A stretch of 64,000 nt of DNA from an uncultured Candidatus Saccharibacteria bacterium (lineage in GTDB: Bacteria; Patescibacteriota; Kazan-3B-28). A program made the translations under genes and the position numbers. Location: assembly GCA_964434605.1 (NCBI GenBank), contig CAYSVM010000001.1:119624-183623 (forward strand). The letters are read 5' to 3'. Of this stretch, positions 1 through 8,928 are shown in pieces. The notes below the pieces were generated by a model. It worked only from the letters and a program-made list of their open reading frames with translations. It was not told where the DNA came from and made no database searches. How positions within the stretch are numbered: position 1 is the first letter of the stretch; every line of letters starts with the position of its first letter.

Positions 1-1022
1 GTTTCTGCCGTCCCTATATGTATATACAGTTTCTGGCCTACCTGACCAATCAAAGAAGTCGTGTCTGTTACCAATGAGAATGTCGCCTTTGAACCGATCG
101 GTGCAATCAAGTTATTTTGATTTAATTTGTATGTCAGCACATTGACCCCACTCGACAAATTAGCATCTACCGCATCGATAACCTTTCCTGTTTTATCGTC
201 TTTAAGATAAACTTTTGTTCTAGCTCCTTTCTTTAAATCGGAACTTAGTCTAACCTTCAGGAAGTTTCTGTTTTTACCATAAAACCCCACATCCGCAATT
301 GGAGGATTACTGAAGATGTCTACTTTAGCTATCGTCTGGTTGGGCTCACGAACCAGTTTGCCGGTTGGCGTATTTGGATTAGCAGCAAAATTTATAACAG
401 TCTCGAAGAGATAGGAAGTATGAGAGCGAACCCAGTAAGAAAGTACTACCGGCACCTCTCTCGAATCATCTTTCCACATCGCCCAAACATCAGTTGGTTT
501 CTCTATTGTCGCGTAGTACGACTGATCATTTTTAACAATCCCGCCCACAGAGCCGTGATCAAGTAATAAATCAATAGCCAGATCATTGCTATGGGGTAAT
601 AAGATAGGCTGCTGAAACTTAAACTTCAAAAATATTCCCGCTCTTGTAGGGTCGGCCGTCGGTATCGTGGTTGCGAGAATAGTACTGCCCCCTCGCATTT
701 TCAAATATGCCTTCTCTACGTGACTAACCCTTTCTACAACCCGAACTTGGAACCCTCTCAAAAGCATTTCCCTCTGGGGAGAATTCGAATCTTCCCAGAA
801 ACAGTATGTCGCCTCGTGTCGTTGCTTTGTCCCACCCATAACTATCCCTGGAACATAGTCGGTAGCGCAGTTATGTACAGATAAAAAACCTGCTGTGCTT
901 GCCATTGGAGAGGTAAGCTCGTCTCCAAAATATTTCCACCCAATCGCGCCTAATATAATCAAAATAATAGCCCCTATAACCCATCTATGGGAGTTATCTA
1001 TTTTCTTTGCTTTCTTTGCCAT
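1..1022 (-). CDS. hypothetical signal-anchored secreted/membrane protein; N-terminus at 1022, C-terminus lies beyond the window start
   Basis: Reverse-strand frame is open for all 1022 nt (checked codon by codon, no stops). ATG at 1022..1020 gives MAKKAKKIDNSHRWVIGAIILIILGAIGW..., a basic N-terminus followed by one hydrophobic helix. The ORF track omitted it because it runs off the window edge. Confidence 0.75.
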   Translation of the reverse strand, partial: MAKKAKKIDNSHRWVIGAIILIILGAIGWKYFGDELTSPMASTAGFLSVHNCATDYVPGIVMGGTKQRHEATYCFWEDSNSPQREMLLRGFQVRVVERVSHVEKAYLKMRGGSTILATTIPTADPTRAGIFLKFKFQQPILLPHSNDLAIDLLLDHGSVGGIVKNDQSYYATIEKPTDVWAMWKDDSREVPVVLSYWVRSHTSYLFETVINFAANPNTPTGKLVREPNQTIAKVDIFSNPPIADVGFYGKNRNFLKVRLSSDLKKGARTKVYLKDDKTGKVIDAVDANLSSGVNVLTYKLNQNNLIAPIGSKATFSLVTDTTSLIGQVGQKLYIHIGTAE

Positions 1023-1119
1023 ATCTATATTTTTAGATAATATGAAACCGTCTTCATTCTACCCCCCCACCAATATTCTCAACCTTATTGTGAATTGGTT
1101 TATTACTTATTACTTTCCT

Positions 1120-1983
1120 ATGCCCGAACTTCCTGAAGTTGAAACCATTACCAACGAACTAAAACAAACCCTCAAAGGAACTGTTATTTTAGATGCTCAA
1201 TTCTCCCGCCCGAAACTCATTAAAGGAATTTCGTATCCCACCTTCAGAAAAAATATCGCCAAAAAGAAGATTCAGAAGATTGAACGGCGGGCAAAATACA
1301 TTCTCCTCACACTTTCTGGAAACAAAACCTTAATCCTCCATATGGGGATGACGGGGCGTCTCCTGCTCCATCCTAAAAAAGAAAAGGGTGAGATAGTGAA
1401 TCTTAAAACCAAAAAGAAAAAACCCGACCGCTTCGTTCGCGGACAATTCTTTTTAGATAAAAATAGAATCCTAGACTTCTCCGACCTCCGCCTTTTCGGC
1501 AAAGTCTATTTATTGAATACTCCAGACGTTGCAAAACAAAATCCCACCAAAAAACTAGGCATCGACCCTCTCTCAAAAAACTTCACCCCCTCCCTCTTCG
1601 CCCAACAACTCAAAAAAAGAAAAGGAAGTGTGAAAGTAGTTTTGATGGACCAAACATTTTTGGCTGGCATTGGAAACATTTATAGCGACGAGATCCTATT
1701 TGAAGCGCGTATCCACCCCCTAACAAAAACCCAGAATCTAAAACCTGCCCAAACCAAGGCACTATATATTGCTACCAAAAAAGTTCTTAAGTTGGGGGTG
1801 AAATATCGTGGTACTTCCGACTCCGACTATTTCGATCTCTACGGTGGCATTGGTACTTTCCAGAAGCATCTCAAAGTTTATCGCAAAACTGGCAAACCTT
1901 GTCCTCGACCCTGCAAAGGAAAAATTGAGAGAATAAAAATCAACGGCCGTTCCACCCACTTCTGCCCCTCCTGCCAGAGATAA
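1120..1983 (+). CDS. mutM: formamidopyrimidine-DNA glycosylase (Fpg/MutM, Nei family)
   Basis: Protein begins MPELPEVETI, with the catalytic Pro2 and Glu3. C-terminal zinc finger CPRPCKGKIERIKINGRSTHFCPSCQ. The track ORF starts at 895 and is over-extended upstream; the true start is the ATG at 1120. Confidence 0.9.
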   Translation: MPELPEVETITNELKQTLKGTVILDAQFSRPKLIKGISYPTFRKNIAKKKIQKIERRAKYILLTLSGNKTLILHMGMTGRLLLHPKKEKGEIVNLKTKKKKPDRFVRGQFFLDKNRILDFSDLRLFGKVYLLNTPDVAKQNPTKKLGIDPLSKNFTPSLFAQQLKKRKGSVKVVLMDQTFLAGIGNIYSDEILFEARIHPLTKTQNLKPAQTKALYIATKKVLKLGVKYRGTSDSDYFDLYGGIGTFQKHLKVYRKTGKPCPRPCKGKIERIKINGRSTHFCPSCQR

Positions 1984-2002
1984 ATACCCGCCACCCCTCT
2001 AG

Positions 2003-2032
2003 TTGACACACATCCTGGAAATACCCTAAGAT
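2003..2032 (+). promoter_or_regulatory. sigma70-like promoter: TTGACA, 18-nt spacer, TAAGAT
   Basis: TTGACA at 2003..2008 and TAAGAT at 2027..2032. No protein gene lies downstream on the plus strand. Confidence 0.4.
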
Positions 2033-2113
2033 AGAGCTACCTCGGTTGCACAGGCTCCTTCACTATACCGCTTTTGGAGCGACTAAGATTAAGGCCCCTC
2101 CTGCCTTAATGTT

Positions 2114-2122
2114 TTATCCACA
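2114..2122. promoter_or_regulatory. perfect DnaA box TTATCCACA
   Basis: Exact 9-mer consensus, about 0.9 kb from recF-dnaN-dnaA. Confidence 0.4.
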
Positions 2123-2358
2123 AAGTGTGCTGTTGAAGGTCGAGAGGCTATGCTCCTATTGAGTAACTCTCTCGAACAGACAACCCAGATGCACCGCCCG
2201 TACCTAAGATACATCCTGTTCTATTTTACGTGTTACTAGTGACACGACGACCAAAAACCCAGGAGGGGGTCTAGGTGAGAAGGGTGTGGGCAGAGGTGAC
2301 GGCACGGGCTTCTGCAATTATTCGTTCTTTTATTCGGTTCGGTACGGTTTCATTTCTC

Positions 2359-2394
2359 GACCCCGCGGCATATGCCACGGGGTCATTCTTTTAT
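2359..2394 (+). terminator. intrinsic terminator
   Basis: Hairpin GACCCCG-CGGCATATGCCA-CGGGGTC followed by ATTCTTTTAT. Confidence 0.45.
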
Positions 2395-2411
2395 ATCCCC
2401 TCTTTTTTACT

Positions 2412-2438
2412 AAAATAAAAAGGCGCCCGAAGGCGCCT
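2412..2438 (-). terminator. intrinsic terminator of the minus-strand membrane-protein gene
   Basis: Minus-strand reading gives GGCGCC-TTCG-GGCGCC then TTTTTATTTT, immediately after the TAG stop. Confidence 0.6.
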
Positions 2439-2970
2439 AGAAAGCAGAACGAACCAACTGATACAAAGGGTTGGCGGCAAACAATAAATTTAGGATTAGC
2501 CAGATCCACCCCAACCGCCAACCATCAGCGATTTGGACTGCCGCACAAACCGCGACAACAAGACCACCCACTCCAGGGGTGGCAAAAAACAACATTGGGT
2601 AAACTGTTGCGGGCGTAGCCAAGCCTACAGCTATTAGCGCTAGACCTAGGACTCCCAGCCAATCAAGTCTCCCCCTGTTTGGATGGTATCCCCAAAGCCA
2701 AACAACTGCCATCCCGGTAGCGGAAAGCATGATGAGATACCGAAACATATCCGGTATCTGGGGAACAAATGCCAGCAAAGCACCCAACGTAACAACAAGC
2801 TGAAATGCCATAAACAAGTGCTGCTTCCCCGCCCTAGCCGTAAAATACAGCGTCGGCGCACCGACAACAAAAAGAAGTTTTTGCGCCAATGATCCACCAG
2901 GCAGAAACACGCCAACAACCAACAGTGTCATGGCGCACAGACCGACCACAGTTACCAGTCGCTCCCTCAT
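2437..2970 (-). CDS. hypothetical polytopic membrane protein
   Basis: 177 aa with 4 to 5 hydrophobic helices, ending at the intrinsic terminator. The overlapping plus-strand and other-frame track ORFs (2286..2618, 2646..2918, 2683..2892) are judged spurious. Confidence 0.55.
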   Translation of the reverse strand: MRERLVTVVGLCAMTLLVVGVFLPGGSLAQKLLFVVGAPTLYFTARAGKQHLFMAFQLVVTLGALLAFVPQIPDMFRYLIMLSATGMAVVWLWGYHPNRGRLDWLGVLGLALIAVGLATPATVYPMLFFATPGVGGLVVAVCAAVQIADGWRLGWIWLILNLLFAANPLYQLVRSAF

Positions 2971-3030
2971 TTGTAGCCTCCCTTCAAGGTACTAAAAGTA
3001 CCCCCACCCCAAAGGGAAACTATCTATTCG

Positions 3031-4134
3031 TCAAGCAACCGGAAGCAATATTTTCCCGCTCTCAACCTGAAAAACCTGCGGGCCATCAAACAACTTCTCA
3101 ACCATTTCATTGCTAGTAGTAATAAATACCTGCTCATTCTTTAGCGCATCCGCCAACTTCTTTCTACGCTCCTCATCTAATTCAGAAAAAATATCGTCCA
3201 GCAAATAGACCGGTAGCTCCCCGACCTTGCTTTTTAGAATCTCTGCTTCTGCTAATTTTAGCGCCATCACCGCACTTCTAAACTCTCCCCTTGATGCCGC
3301 TGTCCGCATATCATTTCCGTTCAAAATAAACATCACATCATCCCGATGAATTCCTTTGGTTGTGTTTGCTCTCGCAATATCAATCTGCCGAGAACCAGCA
3401 AGCCCTGCCATATACATTGTTGGTGTTACAAAATTCAAATTCGGCACATACGAGATTTTCAACTCATCACCCAATTCCCCAAACCACTCGTGATAGTACT
3501 TCTTTGTCAAAACCCCAACCTCCTCCATTACTTTTTGTCTTTTTACCACAATACGGCTACCTGTTTCGCTTAACTTCTCATCCCAAATATCCAGCTCAGC
3601 CTCTTCGCTCCGACCCTGTTTTATCATCAAAAGTAGTTGGTTTCTTTGCCGTAAGATTTTCCAGTAATCTGAAATATCCTGACCATATTCCATATCAAAT
3701 CTCGCAATTAATAAATCCATAAACTTTCTCCGCTTTTGAGGAGAAAGCCGAATCAAGTCAATATCTTCTGGGGAAAATAATACCACAGGCATTTGTCCCA
3801 CCATCACCGCTCGTTGTGCTACCACGCCATTCAACTTTCTAGTTTTCCGAACAAACCCACCCTCCACCCTCCAAATCATTTCTCCCTTTTTTGCCTCTCC
3901 TCGCCCATCAACAAAATCTACTTCCACCCTGGCGAAGTCTTTTCCTTTTTCTACCAAAACTCTTTCATTACTCACCCGAAAAGAACCACCCGCAGCAACC
4001 GCGAACAGCCCTTCTAATATGTTTGTTTTACCTTGCGCGTTTTTCCCAAGCAAAATATTCACACCCCCACTTGGCGCAAGCTCAACCCGCTCCAGGTTTC
4101 TAAACTGCTGAAGTTGGATCCTTATAATCCTCAT
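3031..4134 (-). CDS. recF: DNA replication and repair protein RecF
   Basis: N-terminal Walker A GKNAQGKTNILEGL and an ABC/SMC-like C-terminal signature. Sits in the canonical dnaA-dnaN-recF order. Confidence 0.9.
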   Translation of the reverse strand: MRIIRIQLQQFRNLERVELAPSGGVNILLGKNAQGKTNILEGLFAVAAGGSFRVSNERVLVEKGKDFARVEVDFVDGRGEAKKGEMIWRVEGGFVRKTRKLNGVVAQRAVMVGQMPVVLFSPEDIDLIRLSPQKRRKFMDLLIARFDMEYGQDISDYWKILRQRNQLLLMIKQGRSEEAELDIWDEKLSETGSRIVVKRQKVMEEVGVLTKKYYHEWFGELGDELKISYVPNLNFVTPTMYMAGLAGSRQIDIARANTTKGIHRDDVMFILNGNDMRTAASRGEFRSAVMALKLAEAEILKSKVGELPVYLLDDIFSELDEERRKKLADALKNEQVFITTSNEMVEKLFDGPQVFQVESGKILLPVA

Positions 4135-4141
4135 CTCTCTA

Positions 4142-5269
4142 CTAGCTTCTCAGTGGCATCACAATATACAGCCGATTTCCCACTCCCACCGGCCTAAATA
4201 CGCCAGCAACCGTTTTCCCACTCAATTCCATTACACATTTAATAGTGTTAAAACTATTTAATCCATCTAGTAGATACCGGGCATTAAAAGATATCTCGGT
4301 TGGCTCTCCCTCAACTTTGGCTGGAACCTTTGCAAGAAAATTACCCAACTGAGAAGACTCCGATGTTATCTCTATTTCTCCACCAACCTTAATATTTAAC
4401 TTCACACTATTAGATCCTTCTAAAGAAAAGATGCTAGCAGTTTTTAGAGCATCCACCATTTCTTGGATATCAAACTCAGTTGATACTGTGTGTTGTGCAG
4501 GAATAATCTGCTTATATGGCGGGTACTCTCCTTCAATAATTCTTGAAACAATACTCGCCTGTGGCAATACAAACATTACCTGATTCTCATCCACCCTAAG
4601 CTCTATTTCCTCTTCTTCACCCATAATCCTTCTCACCTCTTGGAGAGTACGGCTTGGAATCACCACCCCAAACTCTTCTCCCAAATTCACATCAACAACA
4701 ACTTCTCCTAAACGATAACTATCCGTGGCTACTGCTGTCAGTTTGCCTTCTTTAGATACCAAATAAACTCCCGTAAGTACTGGCCTGGATTCATCTCTTG
4801 AAACAGCAAAATCTACCGCAGAAAGTATTTCCTCCAATACTCCTGTTTTTAATTTCACTTGTTTACCCCCCTCCACTTGCGGGATTACCGGATAATCCTC
4901 TGCAGACATCCCATTTATAGTCGCCTTTGTCTCTCCACAAACAACTTCCAATACATTTCCTTTTCCCGTGAGAATAACTGTATCTCCATGAAGATTGTTC
5001 ACTAAATTAATTAAAGTTTTTCCTGGAACCGTAATCACTCCCTCTTTCTCTACCTTTCCCCCTAAGAAAAACTTCACCCCCAACTCCAAGTCAGTTGCCA
5101 CCACCTCCACCCCACTTTTATCTGCTTTGATCAGAATATTATTTAAAATTGGTAAGGTACTTCTTGAACTAACCACCCTTTCCACCCCACTTAATGCAGT
5201 TTTAAATTTATCCAATACTAAAGACGTTTGGATATCCACACCCCCTTTTATAGAAATAGTCTCATTCAT
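4142..5269 (-). CDS. dnaN: DNA polymerase III beta sliding clamp
   Basis: 375 aa with three-domain clamp architecture. Position between dnaA and recF. Confidence 0.9.
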   Translation of the reverse strand: MNETISIKGGVDIQTSLVLDKFKTALSGVERVVSSRSTLPILNNILIKADKSGVEVVATDLELGVKFFLGGKVEKEGVITVPGKTLINLVNNLHGDTVILTGKGNVLEVVCGETKATINGMSAEDYPVIPQVEGGKQVKLKTGVLEEILSAVDFAVSRDESRPVLTGVYLVSKEGKLTAVATDSYRLGEVVVDVNLGEEFGVVIPSRTLQEVRRIMGEEEEIELRVDENQVMFVLPQASIVSRIIEGEYPPYKQIIPAQHTVSTEFDIQEMVDALKTASIFSLEGSNSVKLNIKVGGEIEITSESSQLGNFLAKVPAKVEGEPTEISFNARYLLDGLNSFNTIKCVMELSGKTVAGVFRPVGVGNRLYIVMPLRS

Positions 5270-5381
5270 AAGATTAGAAATTAACAGTAGTTATAAGGCC
5301 GTGAGTATAGTGTAACACTCTAATTTTATAGTCCCAGACTAACCTATTGAAAGACAAAAGTTGGAAAAGACGTTGATAAAT

Positions 5382-5401
5382 AGTGGATAAATAGTGGACA
5401 A
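5382..5401. promoter_or_regulatory. two tandem degenerate DnaA boxes (reverse orientation TTATCCACT and TTGTCCACT)
   Basis: Sequence ATAGTGGATAAATAGTGGACAA in the AT-rich dnaN-dnaA intergenic region. TAATCCACC lies nearby. Confidence 0.35.
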
Positions 5402-5428
5402 CTTCAAAGTCCCCAGATTACCCACCAA

Positions 5429-6835
5429 CTAATCCACCGAGTAAAGTTTATTTTTAATCTGAGTGATTTCCTGGTGAATTAGGTCGTTTTTCAAGAGCAA
5501 TCCCCTAACCTTATTGTAGTCATACATTATTGTGGTATGATCTCTCCCTCCCAACTCATCCCCAATTTGCTTGTACGGCAAGTCCACCTCTTCTCTTAAA
5601 AGATAAACTAATATCTGACGAGGAATAACAATATCTTTTGTTCGGCGACGTCCCACCAACTCTTCCTTCCTAATATTGAAATGGCCAACCACCGCTCGGA
5701 TAATCTCCGATGGCCGCACAACCTTCTTCCCTGGGGCCGTTAGAATCCCACCCATTAGACCCTTTACATCTTCTAAGCTAGGAACTGAGTTGTTTAACTC
5801 TGCATAGGCCAAGATTCTAGTTAGCGCACCCTCCAACTCTCGTACGTTGCTGGTAATAACTCTTGCCAAATACTCCAAGATGTCTCCAGACAACACCTTA
5901 TTCTGGATCGCCAGCTTAGACTGAAGAATGGCCAACCGGGTCTCGTAAGAAGGGGTGGCGATATCTGCTATCATCCCCCACTCAAATCTCGAGCGCAGTC
6001 TTTCTTCTAGTGCTGGTATTGCCTTTGGTGGCCGATCAGACGTCAGTACAATCTGTTTCCCTGCGGTATGTAAAGCATTAAAGGTATGAAAGAACTCTTC
6101 CTGGGTCTGCTCTTTGCTTGCAATAAACTGAATATCGTCAATTAGCAAACAATCTACTTTGCGGTACTTATCCTTAAACTCTTTCATCTTTTGTCCTCGG
6201 ATTGCCTCCACCATCTCATTAGTAAACCTCTCTGAGGTTACGTAGACTACTTTTGCTTTAGGATTTAACTGGACAATCTCGTTACCAATTGCTTGCAGGA
6301 GATGGGTCTTGCCTAATCCAACTCCACCGTAGACAAACAACGGATTGTATCCGACCCCTGGGCGCCTAGATACCGCCTCGGCCGCCGCATAGCACAACTT
6401 ACTGTTTTCACCGACAATAAAACTTTCAAAAGTAAATCTCGGGTTTAGCCCCTCCTTCACCTTAGGGCCCTCTTCTGTCTTCAATGTTTTTGTAGAAACG
6501 ACGGGAAGTTCAAACATGGGTAGGGTAGCTTTTTCAGGGCGTACTGAAGAACGCATACTGCCAACCACATATTGGACCACCACCATTTTTCCTAGATGTT
6601 TCACTAGGCAACGGTGGATCTCTTTCTGATACCTCTTCTGCAGCCACCCCTTAGTAAAATCATTTGGTACCCTAATTACCGCCACCCCTTTATCTAAATC
6701 CACCGATTCTAATGCGGTGCTTTTAAACCAAGTCTGAAAATTAGCAGGGCTCATCCCTACTTCAATTTCACCTAAAACAGTTTGCCACAGCTTTTCTTGA
6801 TCCGTTAGCATACTACCCCTTTTATCCCCCAGCAC
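5429..6835 (-). CDS. dnaA: chromosomal replication initiator DnaA
   Basis: AAA+ Walker A GGVGLGKTHLLQAIGN, a sensor region, and a C-terminal DnaA-box-binding domain. The start may instead be the internal Met at 6811 (MLTDQEKLWQ). Confidence 0.95.
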   Translation of the reverse strand: MLGDKRGSMLTDQEKLWQTVLGEIEVGMSPANFQTWFKSTALESVDLDKGVAVIRVPNDFTKGWLQKRYQKEIHRCLVKHLGKMVVVQYVVGSMRSSVRPEKATLPMFELPVVSTKTLKTEEGPKVKEGLNPRFTFESFIVGENSKLCYAAAEAVSRRPGVGYNPLFVYGGVGLGKTHLLQAIGNEIVQLNPKAKVVYVTSERFTNEMVEAIRGQKMKEFKDKYRKVDCLLIDDIQFIASKEQTQEEFFHTFNALHTAGKQIVLTSDRPPKAIPALEERLRSRFEWGMIADIATPSYETRLAILQSKLAIQNKVLSGDILEYLARVITSNVRELEGALTRILAYAELNNSVPSLEDVKGLMGGILTAPGKKVVRPSEIIRAVVGHFNIRKEELVGRRRTKDIVIPRQILVYLLREEVDLPYKQIGDELGGRDHTTIMYDYNKVRGLLLKNDLIHQEITQIKNKLYSVD

Positions 6836-6852
6836 AGTTCAATTTACCAAAG

Positions 6853-6861
6853 TTATCCACA
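6853..6861. promoter_or_regulatory. perfect DnaA box TTATCCACA in the dnaA-rpmH intergenic region
   Basis: Exact consensus 9-mer 18 nt upstream of the dnaA start. Confidence 0.5.
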
Positions 6862-6912
6862 TTTGTATACGCAACAAAAAGAGTATCACAGAAAGCTCTC
6901 CCCCCTGGTAAA

Positions 6913-6942
6913 TTGACCAGATAGAGAACCGCAGAATATACT
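6913..6942 (+). promoter_or_regulatory. sigma70-like promoter of the rpmH operon: TTGACC, 18-nt spacer, TATACT
   Basis: Hexamers at 6913..6918 and 6937..6942, about 22 nt before the rpmH ATG. Confidence 0.5.
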
Positions 6943-6964
6943 GGTGAAGTACTAGATTACACTT

Positions 6965-7099
6965 ATGAAAAGAACATACCAGCCAAACAAGCGTAAACGT
7001 GCCACTACCCACGGTTTTCGTTCTAGGATGAGTACTGCGGGAGGAGCAAAGGTAATTAAACGTCGCCGCCTCAAGGGGCGCAAGAAACTTAGCGCTTAA
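6965..7099 (+). CDS. rpmH: 50S ribosomal protein L34
   Basis: 44 aa, [44 protein letters not shown]. Absent from the ORF track because it is under 60 aa. Confidence 0.9.
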   Translation: MKRTYQPNKRKRATTHGFRSRMSTAGGAKVIKRRRLKGRKKLSA

Positions 7100-7109
7100 A
7101 GATCCGGTT

Positions 7110-7412
7110 ATGTCTGCAACCACAAACACCGTTGCGGATCGGGTGATGCGTCGAGGCATCAGGATCAACCGGCGAGGATTCGTCTTTTATTATCTAAAAA
7201 TTCTCCATCCTCCTCGACCTCGCATTGTTGTCAGTCAGAAAATAGACAAACGAGCTACAGCGCGCAACCGCCTAAGAAGGCAGATAAGAGAGATTATTCG
7301 TCAAGTTGGACCCAAGAATAGAGCAATAGCAATAATCACCCGCAAAGAGATTTTAGAGATGTCGTTTACTGAAATAAAAAGAACACTCACAGAAATTCTT
7401 ACTCGTATTTAG
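7110..7412 (+). CDS. rnpA: RNase P protein component
   Basis: Contains KIDKRATARNRLRRQIREI, the RnpA RNR motif. Directly follows rpmH. Confidence 0.85.
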   Translation: MSATTNTVADRVMRRGIRINRRGFVFYYLKILHPPRPRIVVSQKIDKRATARNRLRRQIREIIRQVGPKNRAIAIITRKEILEMSFTEIKRTLTEILTRI

Positions 7413-7413
7413 A

Positions 7414-7662
7414 ATGAAGGAAATATTAATTAGACTTATTACTATTTACCAAAAAACACTCTCTCGAGATCACGGTTGGTTAAGCGCTTTTTACCCCACA
7501 GGATATTGTCGGTATCAGCCTACTTGTAGCGAATATGCCAAACAATCAATCAGAGAGCATGGAGTAAGTAAGGGAATCTTTCTAGGTATATCACGTATTT
7601 CTCGCTGTCATCCATGGGGATCAACTGGCTCCGACCCTATTCTAAATAGAGAGACGAACTAA
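7414..7662 (+). CDS. yidD: membrane protein insertion efficiency factor YidD
   Basis: Contains CRYQPTCSEYAKQSI and HPWGSTGSDPI, the signature of the haemolytic-domain YidD family. Confidence 0.85.
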   Translation: MKEILIRLITIYQKTLSRDHGWLSAFYPTGYCRYQPTCSEYAKQSIREHGVSKGIFLGISRISRCHPWGSTGSDPILNRETN

Positions 7663-7665
7663 GAT

Positions 7666-8454
7666 ATGAATACACCAAAAATTACTGATGCGATGTGGCA
7701 AGGATGGATGGGTAAGCTCCTATACGTTCCCATTTTAAACATTCTAGTACTTCTCTATGTATATATTCCCGGACAAGATTTAGGCCTGGCGATTATCGCG
7801 ATCACCCTCCTTACTCGTGCCTTACTCCATCCGTCTTACCGCAATACACTTAAGGCACAACGCGACATCCAAAAAATTCAGCCGTACATAGATAAAATTA
7901 AGGTGGAATTCAAAGACGATCCCAAACGGCAGTCCGAAGAAACAATGAAGCTTTACCAAGAGTATAAAGTTAACCCCTTAGGCTTCTGTCTACCGTTAAT
8001 CATTCAACTACCCATTGTCTTTGCCCTCTACAGAGTATTCATTGCCGGACTCGATACAAGTAGTCTAGAGCACCTATATTCTTGGTTCCCCAATGCGCCC
8101 CAACAACTTCATACAATATTTCTCGCCTTCACTCATATCCCGGAGCTCACCATAGACCTTACTAAGCCCAGCATCTATCTAGCAATTATCGCGGGATTAG
8201 CACAATTTTTACAGAGCTGGGTTACCACAAAACGAAGCAACACAAGTTCTCAAAAGATTGGCGGAGTAAACACCCAAACGATATTCGTCCTAGTCTTTCC
8301 CTTTATTACACTCGGCTTGGCGCTGACCCTGCCTTCCGCCCTAAGTCTCTACTGGGCGACTACCACGGTGGTTATGACATTGGAACAACTCTGGGTTTTT
8401 GCTATATTAGACCGTCAGGAGAAAAAAGTAGCGGAGGTTACTCATCATGGCTAA
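7666..8454 (+). CDS. yidC: membrane protein insertase YidC/Oxa1 (short form)
   Basis: 262 aa, multi-pass, with a conserved YidC core and the KLYQEYKVNPLGFCLP segment. Lacks a large periplasmic domain. Confidence 0.85.
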   Translation: MNTPKITDAMWQGWMGKLLYVPILNILVLLYVYIPGQDLGLAIIAITLLTRALLHPSYRNTLKAQRDIQKIQPYIDKIKVEFKDDPKRQSEETMKLYQEYKVNPLGFCLPLIIQLPIVFALYRVFIAGLDTSSLEHLYSWFPNAPQQLHTIFLAFTHIPELTIDLTKPSIYLAIIAGLAQFLQSWVTTKRSNTSSQKIGGVNTQTIFVLVFPFITLGLALTLPSALSLYWATTTVVMTLEQLWVFAILDRQEKKVAEVTHHG

Positions 8455-8920
8455 AATCGATACCCTAAAAGAAGTGGACGCTAAGATTAAGGAGCGGATT
8501 ACAGATCTGCTGAAATATTTTGAACTTAATCCAGAAACGACCATTATCCCCCAAGAAGGCGTTCTTGGTGTCAACGTTACTACGGGGAGAGATGATTTAT
8601 TTACCAGAAGGACAGCGGATCCCCTTCTAGCCCTCCAGCATCTATTACGGGTAATTGTTCGGAAAGACTTTCCCGAAGCAGAACTTACGATATCTTTAAA
8701 CATCGGGAACTTTCAGGAACGTCAACAAGATCGTCTATCTCAAGTTGCCAAAGATGCAGCACAACAAGCTCGCTCTACGAAAATGGCGGTCTATCTTCCT
8801 CCAATGTCTTCTTATGAACGGCGCCTAGTACATATGGCGCTTGTAGACGAGGATGGTATTACTAGTGATAGTGAAGGAGAGGGGTTGGATCGGCGGATAG
8901 TAGTAAAACTAGTAGGATAA
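8447..8920 (+). CDS. jag: Jag/KhpB RNA-binding protein with R3H domain
   Basis: Jag_N-like N-terminus and C-terminal R3H (ERRLVHMALVDEDGITSDSEGEG). Overlaps yidC by 8 nt. Confidence 0.8.
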   Translation: MAKIDTLKEVDAKIKERITDLLKYFELNPETTIIPQEGVLGVNVTTGRDDLFTRRTADPLLALQHLLRVIVRKDFPEAELTISLNIGNFQERQQDRLSQVAKDAAQQARSTKMAVYLPPMSSYERRLVHMALVDEDGITSDSEGEGLDRRIVVKLVG

Positions 8921-8928
8921 TTTTAAAA

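Larger units (their letters stand above)
2039..2394 (+). ncRNA. candidate structured non-coding RNA of about 355 nt, unidentified class
   Basis: A promoter-to-intrinsic-terminator unit with no credible ORF. Several strong local hairpins, for example TTAAGGC-ccctcct-GCCTTAA and GTGTTACTAGTGACAC, and G-rich segments. I could not match it to tmRNA, RNase P or SRP conserved motifs by eye. Confidence 0.3.

Noticed and set aside
895-1119. N-terminal extension of Fpg in the track ORF (MLAIGEVSSS...).
   Set aside because: Fpg must begin MPELPEVE with Pro2 as the nucleophile. The extension overlaps the minus-strand gene's start region.
1984-2436. Attempted to identify the intergenic RNA as tmRNA, RNase P RNA or SRP RNA.
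   Set aside because: None of the conserved tmRNA T-arm/ACCA end, RNase P P4/CR motifs or SRP domain IV GGAA/AGCAGC motifs are recognisable. Left as unclassified.
2286-2918. Track ORFs 2286..2618(+), 2330..2521(-), 2646..2918(-) and 2683..2892(+).
   Set aside because: They cross two terminators or overlap the better-supported membrane-protein frame. Composition is not protein-like.
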